Assembly (NCBI GenBank): GCA_963169515.1
Contig: CAUJEF010000079.1
Coordinates: 1 to 32,171, forward strand
Direction of reading: 5' to 3'
Source: Bdellovibrionota bacterium
Lineage (GTDB): Bacteria > Bdellovibrionota > Bdellovibrionia > Bdellovibrionales > JAEYZS01
DNA length: 32,171 bases
Every line of letters begins with the position of its first letter. Within the stretch, counting starts at the first letter, position 1. Position numbers and translations under genes: made by a program. The notes beneath the pieces are model-generated. The model worked only from the letters and a program-made list of their open reading frames with translations, had not been told where the DNA came from and did no database searches. Positions 1 to 8,056 of the stretch are shown here, one piece after another.

Positions 1-59
1 GGTAGAGCCCCGGATTGTGATTCCGGTTGTCGCGGGTTCGAGCCCCGTCGATCGCCCCA
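1..59 (+). tRNA. tRNA-His(GUG), 5' end truncated by the window edge
   Basis: Anticodon arm CCGGA-TTGTGAT-TCCGG (anticodon GTG), T-arm GCGGG-TTCGAGC-CCCGT, encoded CCA at 57-59. Confidence 0.93.
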
Positions 60-164
60 TTTTTCTCCTAGTCGTAAGTGGTCTTTTTCAAAAAATCCTA
101 TTTTCGTAACTACTTAATAACACTAGTAAGTGCGGAGCGATCCCACTCGCGAAATTTCACGAAA

Positions 165-213
165 TGCTACTAAATTTCGAAGTTTTGCTACTTTTGCTAC
201 TTACTTTGCTACT
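165..213. repeat. Four TGCTACT direct repeats downstream of the tRNA, possibly recombinase arm-type sites
   Basis: TGCTACT at 165, 186, 195 and 207; the last three are preceded by T runs. Function is inferred. Confidence 0.55.
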
Positions 214-239
214 TGGATTTTTTAACGAAGGAGGATTTT

Positions 240-428
240 ATGTATCGAATGTTAATTTTTTTGATGGTTGCTTCGGCACTGCCGGCGGTCGACTTGTCTT
301 GGAAAGATGTCAGGGATTGCCGTGGCCGTGAGTGTGCCATGAAGTTTGCTCGTGCTTCGCAGAAAGTCCTGCGGATTGACTGGAAGCCTGTGAGCGTTTG
401 GCCTGAGGAGGCGAAGAGGTTTAATTAA
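240..428 (+). CDS. Small hypothetical exported protein (62 aa)
   Basis: AAGGAGG Shine-Dalgarno just before ATG 240; hydrophobic N-terminus MYRMLIFLMVASALPA; CxxxxC pair. Confidence 0.6.
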   Translation: MYRMLIFLMVASALPAVDLSWKDVRDCRGRECAMKFARASQKVLRIDWKPVSVWPEEAKRFN

Positions 429-455
429 GTTTTGTTTATCAAACTAAAGTCTAGT

Positions 456-482
456 TCAGGTCGATGCCGGAATTCTCGATAA
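456..482 (+). promoter_or_regulatory. Putative sigma28 (FliA)-type promoter of the HNH-HRDC gene
   Basis: TCAG-N15-CTCGATAA, compared with the consensus TAAA-N15-GCCGATAA; ends 9 nt before ATG 492. Confidence 0.45.
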
Positions 483-491
483 GTAAAGGCT

Positions 492-1229
492 ATGAGAAGA
501 ATTAGGGCCAAACTGAGAAGAATGGAGAAGCAGTTTTTCGGCTTCTTAATTGTAGTTGTTTCGCTTTTCTATTTGATACCTCTGATTCCAATCCACTTTT
601 ACTATTGGTCTGCAGCTGCGGCTTTCTGTTGGATCATTTTTAAATTTAGTCGTAAGTCAGAGAAGTACATCAATGAGAGAGGCTATGTTGTTCTTGTGAA
701 AGAGAACGAACTTGAGCATCGACATATCGCAAAGCAGTTACTAGTGCGTGATTTAGCTCAGAACGAAATTGTCCATCATATAAACGGAAATAAAATTGAT
801 AATAAGGTACAAAACCTCTGTTTGATGGACAGTGAAAAACACGAACATTTTCATGCATGGCTAAAATGGAAGAAAGAAAAAAGCAAAAAGTACCCTCCTA
901 TCATTCAACAAAAGAAAGTCTTAGTCGATGAATATGGCGGGACTTTGCTTGAGAATCTCATAGCCCCTCTGGCGAACGAAGATAAAGATAACTTAGAGTT
1001 GCAAAAAAAACTTTTTGAGGAATTAAGAAAAGAAAGAAAAAGACTGGCAGATGAAAAAAATGTTCCAGTGTATATGATTTTCGACAATAAAACGTTGGTA
1101 GAAATGTCTGAAATAATGCCTGATTCAGAATCGATGATGCTTCAGGTTCGCGGGGTTGGGCCATATAAATTTCAGCTATATGGAGCTTCTTTTATCAATA
1201 TTGTGAAAAAGTTTAAAAGTGCTGGCTAG
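492..1229 (+). CDS. Membrane-anchored HNH endonuclease fused to a C-terminal HRDC domain
   Basis: Two N-terminal hydrophobic helices; EHRHIA...IVHHINGNKIDNKVQNL HNH motif; C-terminal LFEELRKERKRLADEKNVPVYMIFDNKTL...VRGVGPYKFQLYG matches RecQ-type HRDC. Confidence 0.8.
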   Translation: MRRIRAKLRRMEKQFFGFLIVVVSLFYLIPLIPIHFYYWSAAAAFCWIIFKFSRKSEKYINERGYVVLVKENELEHRHIAKQLLVRDLAQNEIVHHINGNKIDNKVQNLCLMDSEKHEHFHAWLKWKKEKSKKYPPIIQQKKVLVDEYGGTLLENLIAPLANEDKDNLELQKKLFEELRKERKRLADEKNVPVYMIFDNKTLVEMSEIMPDSESMMLQVRGVGPYKFQLYGASFINIVKKFKSAG

Positions 1230-2314
1230 AATTTTTTGCGATTGTACGCCTTTCGATCTAAGCTTTGCCACTTTGCGAGACTGTAGATCCTGGCCTTCAG
1301 CTCACCTCTGGCCTTGAGAGCGCGCTTCTTCACAAGGCCCGCAACGTCACGCTCAAGTGTGCGGCGGGGAACATCGGGTAACCATTCCACGACATTCTGC
1401 ATAGAGAACTCTTCGGTTTTTTTGGCGTGAGCCAAGATTTTTCTCTGCCGCGCTTCAGGAGTTTTCCCGGCGCTTTCTCTTAAAAGTTTTCGACCTTCTT
1501 CGACAACAGTCTCAGCCGAAATAGCAAAACACTCGGCCAGAAACTCAAGGATCGGATGAAGTGCACCAAGTGACCGACTTTGACGAATGGCTGTGTAGTA
1601 GCGATCACGGTTTTGCATGATGGCGGTTTCACTCGGCACGAATCTCGCCAGGCGCTGCCCGCCGAGCAGCAACAGAAGGTGCTGCATTAGCCTCATTGTG
1701 CGGCCATTGCCGTCGGCAAAAGGGTGTATGGACACCGCAATGAAGTGAAAGGCGAATGCTCTGGTGTACGGGTTCATGTCCTTCGTGTCATCCAGCCATC
1801 GCCATAAATCATCCAGCAAGTCGTTTAGTTCATGGGGCTGCGGGCACTCGTCTATTTTCTCGCCTGTGGCGGCGTTGACAATGCTTACGGGTATGGTGCG
1901 CACACGGCCACATTGACGTTCTTCAATAAGGCTTTCGGTGACGAGGCGCTGGAGATCACACATGTCCGCAAGTCTGATGGGCCGAAAATCTTCGATCAGC
2001 CGCTCTACATAGTCGAGAGCTTCATGATAGTTCTGAACTTCTTTGATGTCTTTCTTGGACCCAGCCACTCTTTTGCCTTGAAGGACGGCCGTCACTTCAG
2101 TTTCGCCGAGTGGGTTTCCTTCAATCTGGTTGGAATAGGTGATCGCTCGCACCTTGGCCTTCCTTAGCAGCTTCACTTCCTGGGGGGTGCCCAGATACTC
2201 GTCCAAGAAGGGCTTGGTTTCAGCGATACGCATAAGCCACGAGACCATGGCGTCGGTATTGGTGACCTCATAAGGTATCTTCAGGCGGCTAAGGTGGGGG
2301 TATCTGGAGTCCAT
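1226..2314 (-). CDS. Fic family protein with C-terminal winged HTH
   Basis: HPFADGNGRTMR Fic motif; SNQIEGN inhibitory-helix-like motif; C-terminal VPRRTLERDVAGLVKK HTH; visibly more GC-rich than its neighbours. Confidence 0.9.
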   Translation of the reverse strand: MDSRYPHLSRLKIPYEVTNTDAMVSWLMRIAETKPFLDEYLGTPQEVKLLRKAKVRAITYSNQIEGNPLGETEVTAVLQGKRVAGSKKDIKEVQNYHEALDYVERLIEDFRPIRLADMCDLQRLVTESLIEERQCGRVRTIPVSIVNAATGEKIDECPQPHELNDLLDDLWRWLDDTKDMNPYTRAFAFHFIAVSIHPFADGNGRTMRLMQHLLLLLGGQRLARFVPSETAIMQNRDRYYTAIRQSRSLGALHPILEFLAECFAISAETVVEEGRKLLRESAGKTPEARQRKILAHAKKTEEFSMQNVVEWLPDVPRRTLERDVAGLVKKRALKARGELKARIYSLAKWQSLDRKAYNRKKF

Positions 2315-2319
2315 GGCCT

Positions 2320-2348
2320 ATTATCCGCCACTTATTCGCCACTGTCAA
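2320..2348 (-). promoter_or_regulatory. sigma70-type promoter of fic (leaderless), overlapped by tandem operator-like repeats
   Basis: Minus strand reads TTGACA-17nt-GATAAT-5nt-ATG; the spacer and -10 contain GTGGCGAATAA GTGGCGGATAA. Confidence 0.7.
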
Positions 2349-2418
2349 GTTGGCGGATTAAACCCAAAAGCTCTTTTCCGCCACTTATCCGCCATCCGCC
2401 AAGTTGGCGGAAAGCCAG

Positions 2419-2460
2419 GTCTAGTTCAGCTAAGTATCAGAAATCTCGATAAGTTATGGC
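2419..2460 (+). repeat. Degenerate direct repeat of 449-490
   Basis: 32/42 identical by manual alignment, with GTCTAGTTCAG and TCTCGATAAGT exact. Confidence 0.7.
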
Positions 2461-2470
2461 ACTCAGTGTG

Positions 2471-4771
2471 TTACTTAACAGATCGAAGACGTATTGAATT
2501 TGCGATAACCGATACGGAGCTTAGGCTCATGGCTGCGGCGGCAAACATCGGACTTAGCAAGGCTCCCCACACGGGATACAGAATTCCGGCGGCAATGGGT
2601 ATGCCGACGGTGTTGTAGAAAAATGCAAAAAATAGATTTTGATTAATGTTGCGAATGGTTGCTTCGCTTAGATTGCGGGCGCGCAGAATTCCTGTCAAAT
2701 CACCATTTACGAGTGTCACGTGGGCTGCACTGATCGCCACATCGGTGCCCGTACCCATTGCGATACCAACCTGCGCTTGAGCGAGTGCGGGTGCATCGTT
2801 AATTCCGTCACCAGCCATGGCAACGAATTTGCCTTCAGACTGCATTGATTTTACAATTTCAGCTTTTTTGTCAGGCAAAACTTCGGCCATAATCTTTTCG
2901 ATGCCAACCTTTTTGGCGACTACGCCGGCAGTCTTAGCATTATCTCCTGTGACCATTACCACTTCAATGCCTTGTGCTTTTAGCTGTGAAATTGCAGTAA
3001 CGGTGGATTCTTTGACCGGATCGGTTACGCCTAGAAGTCCGGTAAGTTTGTTTTCAACAGCCACATACATAACTGTCTGGCCATCTGAGCGAAGCGAATC
3101 GACGTCTTTTTCGTGGTGGGAAACATCGATTTTGAAATCAACCATCAACGCCTTATTCCCAATCGCAACAAGTTTATTGGCAACGATAGCTCTCGCCCCT
3201 TTGCCAGTGATCGACTCGAAATTCTGAACAGATTGCAATGATAATTTTTTATCTTTGGCGCCGGAAACAATCGCGTGCGCAAGGGGATGCTCGCTTGATT
3301 GCTCAAGGCTTCCTGCCAGGGTCAGCAGCTCTGCTTCGGATACGCCAAATGTTTTAACGGAAACAAGTTTTGGCTTTCCTATGGTTAATGTCCCGGTCTT
3401 ATCAACAATTAGGGTATTCACCTTTCGTAACATTTCAATGGCCTCAGCATTTTTGAATAATACACCCATGGTTGCGCCCCGGCCCGTTGCGACCATGATC
3501 GACATTGGCGTTGCCAAACCAAGGGCACAAGGGCACGCGATGATGAGAACGGCAACAGCGTTCACAAGCGCATACCCCATACGAGGGTCTGGCCCCCACA
3601 ATCCCCAAATGATTGCGGTGAGTACCGCAACGAAAATCACAGTTGGAACAAATACAGCTGAAATTTTATCAACCATCTTTTGTATTGGTGCGCGAGATCG
3701 TTGTGCGTCTGCCACCATTTGCACAATTTGTGATAGCAAGGTGTCTTTGCCTATCTTTTTTGCCTCTACCACAAGCGAACCTGTCCCATTTATTGTTGCG
3801 GCAATGACTTTTGAATCAGTTTCTTTTTCTACGGGAATCGGTTCACCGGTAACCATAGATTCATCAACAGATGATTGGCCCGAAATTACGACTCCATCAA
3901 CAGGGATTTTTTCACCGGGACGGACTCGCAACTTGTCGCCCACCTGAATGTGTTCAACGGGAATATCTGATTCGCTACCGTCATTATTTATTTTTCTGGC
4001 CGTTTTAGGTGCCAATCCCAGCAATGCTTTGATTGCAGAACTGGTCTGACTTCTTGCCTTAAGCTCTAAAACTTGGCCAACCAGGACAAGGGTCACGATA
4101 ACGCTCGCGGCCTCAAAATACAGGCCAACTTCATTCGTCGAAGGATCGCGGAATGCTGCTGGGAAGATATGTGGAAAAAACGCGGCAACGAGACTGTAAA
4201 CATAAGCAACCCCAACGCCCAAACCAATAAGGGTAAACATATTTAGATTTTTATTTTTCAATGACTGCCAAAAGCGTTCAAAAAAGGGCCAGCCACCCCA
4301 GAGTACAACGGGCGTAGCGAGCAATACCTCAAACCACGTCATCAGTTTATGTAAATGAGATCCAGTTGCCCAATGGCGAACCCCCATGGCTATGAAAAAC
4401 AGCGGAGCAGTTAGTGTGAGGCTCACCAAAAGCCGTCTTTTCATGTCCAAATATTCACTTTGATCTTCTGGCTGGTCGAGCGATATCGTCACTGGCTCCA
4501 ACGCCATTCCACAAATAGGACAATTTCCCGGACCAATTTGACGAACTTCGGGGTGCATTGGACAAGTGTATTCGGCATCGGTTGCAAGATTTAGGCTTAC
4601 AGATTTGTCTAAATATTGATTTGGGTTTGCATCGAACTTTGTTTTACATTTTGGGTTACAGAAAAAATAACTTTTTCCTTGGTATTCGGATTTGCCGCCT
4701 TTTGCTCCGTTTGGGTTTACCTTCATTCCGCAGACGGGGTCTGTAACATCTAAACCATGATCAGATTTCAT
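2471..4771 (-). CDS. copA: Cu(I)-translocating P1B-type ATPase with N-terminal YHS and heavy-metal-binding domains
   Basis: DPVCGM...YFFCNPKC (YHS), YTCPMHP...[31 protein letters not shown] and MSLSS motifs. Start moved to ATG 4771 (MKSDH), overlapping the end of the upstream gene. Confidence 0.93.
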   Translation of the reverse strand: MKSDHGLDVTDPVCGMKVNPNGAKGGKSEYQGKSYFFCNPKCKTKFDANPNQYLDKSVSLNLATDAEYTCPMHPEVRQIGPGNCPICGMALEPVTISLDQPEDQSEYLDMKRRLLVSLTLTAPLFFIAMGVRHWATGSHLHKLMTWFEVLLATPVVLWGGWPFFERFWQSLKNKNLNMFTLIGLGVGVAYVYSLVAAFFPHIFPAAFRDPSTNEVGLYFEAASVIVTLVLVGQVLELKARSQTSSAIKALLGLAPKTARKINNDGSESDIPVEHIQVGDKLRVRPGEKIPVDGVVISGQSSVDESMVTGEPIPVEKETDSKVIAATINGTGSLVVEAKKIGKDTLLSQIVQMVADAQRSRAPIQKMVDKISAVFVPTVIFVAVLTAIIWGLWGPDPRMGYALVNAVAVLIIACPCALGLATPMSIMVATGRGATMGVLFKNAEAIEMLRKVNTLIVDKTGTLTIGKPKLVSVKTFGVSEAELLTLAGSLEQSSEHPLAHAIVSGAKDKKLSLQSVQNFESITGKGARAIVANKLVAIGNKALMVDFKIDVSHHEKDVDSLRSDGQTVMYVAVENKLTGLLGVTDPVKESTVTAISQLKAQGIEVVMVTGDNAKTAGVVAKKVGIEKIMAEVLPDKKAEIVKSMQSEGKFVAMAGDGINDAPALAQAQVGIAMGTGTDVAISAAHVTLVNGDLTGILRARNLSEATIRNINQNLFFAFFYNTVGIPIAAGILYPVWGALLSPMFAAAAMSLSSVSVIANSIRLRSVK

Positions 4772-5309
4772 GCTGCACCTTTTTAAATTTCCATACGATC
4801 TCAGCAGCAGCACATCCACCTGAAAGCGCTCCCAGCAACCAAAGCCCGACAAAAACTAAGGCAAACTCTGCCCCAAAAAAGAAAAATGCAGCCAAAGAAA
4901 AAACTGATAGCGAAAACGCCTGTAAAAATTCTGTTCTACGCAGAACTCGTACTTCTTCAGTGTTTAAGAAGTAACCCGCCACCAGAATAGAAAGAGCAGT
5001 AAATAAAATTCCACAGCTTACCATGCAAAACTTGTGACCACCGATTGCCATAAACCAATCGGCCAGAGATTTTTCAGTGCCAAAGGGATTAATTTCGAAC
5101 TGATGACAAATGGCTAAAGACAATGTGCCGACGGCCAGATGAATTCCAAAAAGCTTTAAGAACACTAAAATAGCTGAAGGATTTAAAGCCTTGTGTACGT
5201 GCTGCAAAATTTGATTGGATATCACTTCGGGAACCGACACGTTTTCGCTGACTTGAATGAAATCTTTAAATTCCTCAACCCATTCTTTTTCTGTAAGTTT
5301 CGATTTCAT
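4761..5309 (-). CDS. Cys/His-containing membrane protein, putative anti-sigma factor
   Basis: Starts 3 nt after the ECF sigma stop; soluble N-terminus followed by about four TM helices carrying HLAVG...ICHQF and [10 protein letters not shown]. Confidence 0.6.
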   Translation of the reverse strand: MKSKLTEKEWVEEFKDFIQVSENVSVPEVISNQILQHVHKALNPSAILVFLKLFGIHLAVGTLSLAICHQFEINPFGTEKSLADWFMAIGGHKFCMVSCGILFTALSILVAGYFLNTEEVRVLRRTEFLQAFSLSVFSLAAFFFFGAEFALVFVGLWLLGALSGGCAAAEIVWKFKKVQHEI

Positions 5310-5312
5310 GGT

Positions 5313-5855
5313 TTAATCCTTCTTTAAAAAATTCTTTCGAATTTTTGCAAGACCTCGACTCACAATTTGGCGAACATTCGCTGGGCTTGTTTTAATATCT
5401 TTTGCAATCTCTTCAAAGGACCAGTCATCCAAATAACGAAGCTCAATAGCGCGCCGTTGGCTGACGGGTAGCTCTTTGATGGCGGTTTCCAAATTAAGCT
5501 CAAGCGCGATTTCTTGTATTTGATGGGGTAGATCCAAATTATTAGAATCCAGCGAAATTGGGCTGGATTTTGAAGATTTTAAAAAATCAAACCAGGCGTT
5601 TTTAGAAATTGCAAACAACCAAGGCAGGAATGGGTATTGTTTTAAATACTGTGACCGTGCTTTGTGTAATTTTATAAAAACTTCTTGCAAAAGATCCGAG
5701 GCCGCCTCATTGGAAGTCCTTTTTTTAAAATATTGATATACCTTGGGGCTGTGACGCCGATACAGGATTTCAAAAGCTCCGGAGTTACCAGTTTGGTAGT
5801 AAGCCATTAGCGCCTCGTCCGGTAAGTTGTCTAAATTGTCTGGATTTTTGTTCAT
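5313..5855 (-). CDS. ECF RNA polymerase sigma factor
   Basis: Region 2 (AFEILYRRH...DLLQEVFIKL...FLPWLFAISKN) and region 4 (LPVSQRRAIELRYLDDWSFEEIAK...VRQIVSRGL); 180 aa. Confidence 0.93.
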   Translation of the reverse strand: MNKNPDNLDNLPDEALMAYYQTGNSGAFEILYRRHSPKVYQYFKKRTSNEAASDLLQEVFIKLHKARSQYLKQYPFLPWLFAISKNAWFDFLKSSKSSPISLDSNNLDLPHQIQEIALELNLETAIKELPVSQRRAIELRYLDDWSFEEIAKDIKTSPANVRQIVSRGLAKIRKNFLKKD

Positions 5856-5856
5856 T

Positions 5857-5896
5857 CATACCCTCTAATACGAGTTTGCACCCCAAATTGTGACAG
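5857..5896 (-). promoter_or_regulatory. ECF-type promoter for the sigma / membrane protein / copA operon
   Basis: Minus strand CTGTCACAATTTGGGGTGCAAACTCGTATTAGAGGGTATG; twin of 5959-5998. Confidence 0.75.
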
Positions 5897-5958
5897 AGCA
5901 AAATCAGAAAGTCAAAAATTCTAGTCTTTTCAAATAGATAAAAATAATAAAAAATAGA

Positions 5959-5998
5959 CTGTCACAAATCGTTAGCCATTTTCGTATTAGGTGGTATG
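5959..5998 (+). promoter_or_regulatory. ECF-type promoter for the cusCBA-like operon
   Basis: CTGTCACAAATCGTTAGCCATTTTCGTATTAGGTGGTATG; same boxes and spacing as the divergent copy. Confidence 0.75.
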
Positions 5999-7189
5999 GG
6001 TATGAGATCGCACATTTTAATAGGCGTCCTTTTAGTTTCGCAGTTCGCGCGGTCAGAGGACCGACTGACACTTGAGGTTTTCTTAAACAATGTCAAAGTG
6101 CATAACCTTAGTTTAAAAATTGAGGCCGCAAAGACCGACATCGCCCAGGCGAAATCCACAGGGATAACGCTTCCCCCGCCGACGGTGGGACTGATCCAAA
6201 TGGATATGCAAAATGACACTTTAGCAAATGGTTTAGAGTTGAGCCAAATGATCCCGTTCCCAACGAAACTGACAAGTAATCATTCCGCCAGAAAATATGA
6301 AGCGCTTGCACAAAAAAAAATGAGCGAAGCCGAAACCAATGAAGTGTTAGCCATGGCAAGGCTGGCTTATATCTCTCTGTGGGCGAATCAGGAAAGATTG
6401 ACCATAGCTCTTGAAAGAAAATCTATCGTTGAACAGCATATTAAGCTTTCGATGTCGGCAGTTCGATCTGACAACTTTTTAAAACTTCATACCTTAAAGG
6501 CCGAGTCAGATCGCGACTTATTGGAAAATGAAATAGAGGGCCTGCGGGCTACTATTTTAGAGAAACAATTGCAACTCGCCTTGTATATAAACGCTGACCT
6601 GGATTCGTTTAGACCTGTTTTGGCAGAACCGCCGCTTTCTGTAATTCCCAGCAAAGATATTTTTCAAGGCGCGCCGCAAATTGAGGCGGCACGCTTTAAT
6701 TATGAGAGCTTCAAATCAAAAGAAACTGAAAGCAAATCATCATGGCTTCCTGATTTCGAACTTCGGTATAAGCAAATGGAAAAAACAGATATGTCTCCGG
6801 GCTACAAAGAATATATGGTGGGTGTTTCTGTACCGTTTACCTTCTTTTGGGAGCCCTATTCTACATCGAAAGCAGCTAAGGCAGAGAGTTTAAGTGCGCA
6901 ACTCAGTTATAAAAATGAAAAGCAAAAAGTCGAAGGCGCCGTCGCCACATTGCTTGCTAAGGCTGAGTCCTTAAAAAAACAAATCATGATCATAAAAGAA
7001 AAATTACTACCTCGTGCCGAAAAACGGGTGAAGATCGCACATAATCTTGCTCCACGTGATATGGAAACTCTCCAGGACCATCGGGAAACCATGGAGGCAT
7101 TTCCTGACCTGAAGCTTAAAAATTTAGATCTGCGAGAGCAGTATGAAGAAGTCGTTTCAGAACTAGAAAAGTTTGTAAAAAGGGATTAG
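5996..7189 (+). CDS. TolC/CusC-like outer membrane efflux protein
   Basis: Signal peptide; helical repeats with LELSQMIPFP and WLPDFELRY...VGVSVPF strands; first gene of an RND operon. Confidence 0.82.
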   Translation: MGMRSHILIGVLLVSQFARSEDRLTLEVFLNNVKVHNLSLKIEAAKTDIAQAKSTGITLPPPTVGLIQMDMQNDTLANGLELSQMIPFPTKLTSNHSARKYEALAQKKMSEAETNEVLAMARLAYISLWANQERLTIALERKSIVEQHIKLSMSAVRSDNFLKLHTLKAESDRDLLENEIEGLRATILEKQLQLALYINADLDSFRPVLAEPPLSVIPSKDIFQGAPQIEAARFNYESFKSKETESKSSWLPDFELRYKQMEKTDMSPGYKEYMVGVSVPFTFFWEPYSTSKAAKAESLSAQLSYKNEKQKVEGAVATLLAKAESLKKQIMIIKEKLLPRAEKRVKIAHNLAPRDMETLQDHRETMEAFPDLKLKNLDLREQYEEVVSELEKFVKRD

Positions 7190-7210
7190 CTGAAAAAAAA
7201 GGGTTAGAAG

Positions 7211-8056
7211 ATGAAGAAACTAATTTGGATTGCTCCAATAATCATAATTTTAGGCCTGTGGGCTTCACACATGTTCACCAAAAAATCCGACGTTAGAACT
7301 AAGGCGGCGGTGAGCCAAGCCGATTCGAGTTCCTATTGGACCTGTCCGATGCATCCACAGGTTCACATGGATCACCCAGGCGAATGTCCCATTTGTCATA
7401 TGAATTTAGTACAAGTGAAAAAACAAATTCAAGAAGAACACAATGTAACAGTAACTGACGGAGCCACAGTGCAGGGGACATCACAACAGTTGGAACTTGC
7501 CGGTATTCAAAAAGCACAGGTAGAAAAAATGTCTTTGTTTGCAAAGATTCCGGTGGCGGGCAGATTTGTATCTTCCAATTTCGTGGCCTTTCAGGTTTAC
7601 GAAAGCGATCTCCGTTATGTTAAGCCGGGTGTCACGTTTAAGGGGGAAAGTAGCGCAATGTCGGATGAAGAAATCAGTGGCGTTGTAACTTCTGTTGATT
7701 CAATCATAGATCCCACAAGTCGCACCGTGCGTGCGATTGGCCAAGTCAAAAAAGGCCCACACGGGATCATTGCAGAAACGAGTTTCAGTGGTGTGATAGA
7801 ACTAGAGCTTAAAGATAAAATTGCTATTCCAGAAAGCTCTGTTCTTCATAGTGGCCAGGGCGATATAGTGTATTTATTTGGCAAAGACAATATGCTCACG
7901 GCAAAGGTTGTGAAACTTGGGGCAAAGGCCGAAGGGTTTTATGAGGTCATCAGTGGCTTACAGCTGGGCGATATTATTAGTTCAGGTCCTAACTTTTTAA
8001 TTGATTCAGAGGCAAAAATTCGCGGAGTTACAGGAAATGATAAACGCCATCATTGA
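7211..8056 (+). CDS. CusB-like periplasmic adaptor with N-terminal heavy-metal-binding domain (unusually short)
   Basis: N-terminal TM; YWTCPMHP...CPICHMNL; VYESDL; IDPTSRT; IPESSV; NFLIDSEA end motif. Confidence 0.85.
   Translation: MKKLIWIAPIIIILGLWASHMFTKKSDVRTKAAVSQADSSSYWTCPMHPQVHMDHPGECPICHMNLVQVKKQIQEEHNVTVTDGATVQGTSQQLELAGIQKAQVEKMSLFAKIPVAGRFVSSNFVAFQVYESDLRYVKPGVTFKGESSAMSDEEISGVVTSVDSIIDPTSRTVRAIGQVKKGPHGIIAETSFSGVIELELKDKIAIPESSVLHSGQGDIVYLFGKDNMLTAKVVKLGAKAEGFYEVISGLQLGDIISSGPNFLIDSEAKIRGVTGNDKRHH

Noticed and set aside
2313..4746. Plus-strand ORFs overlapping copA (2313-2618, 2817-3227, 3255-3947, 4558-4746)
   Set aside because: Antisense shadows of a well-supported gene, with no motifs or ribosome-binding sites.
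4772..4852. Upstream extension of copA in the ORF track
   Set aside because: It lies inside the membrane-protein gene; ATG 4771 gives a normal YHS N-terminus. Similar over-extensions were trimmed for cusA, nirK, the 15759, 18085, 18354 and 20869 genes, the antitoxin and M48.
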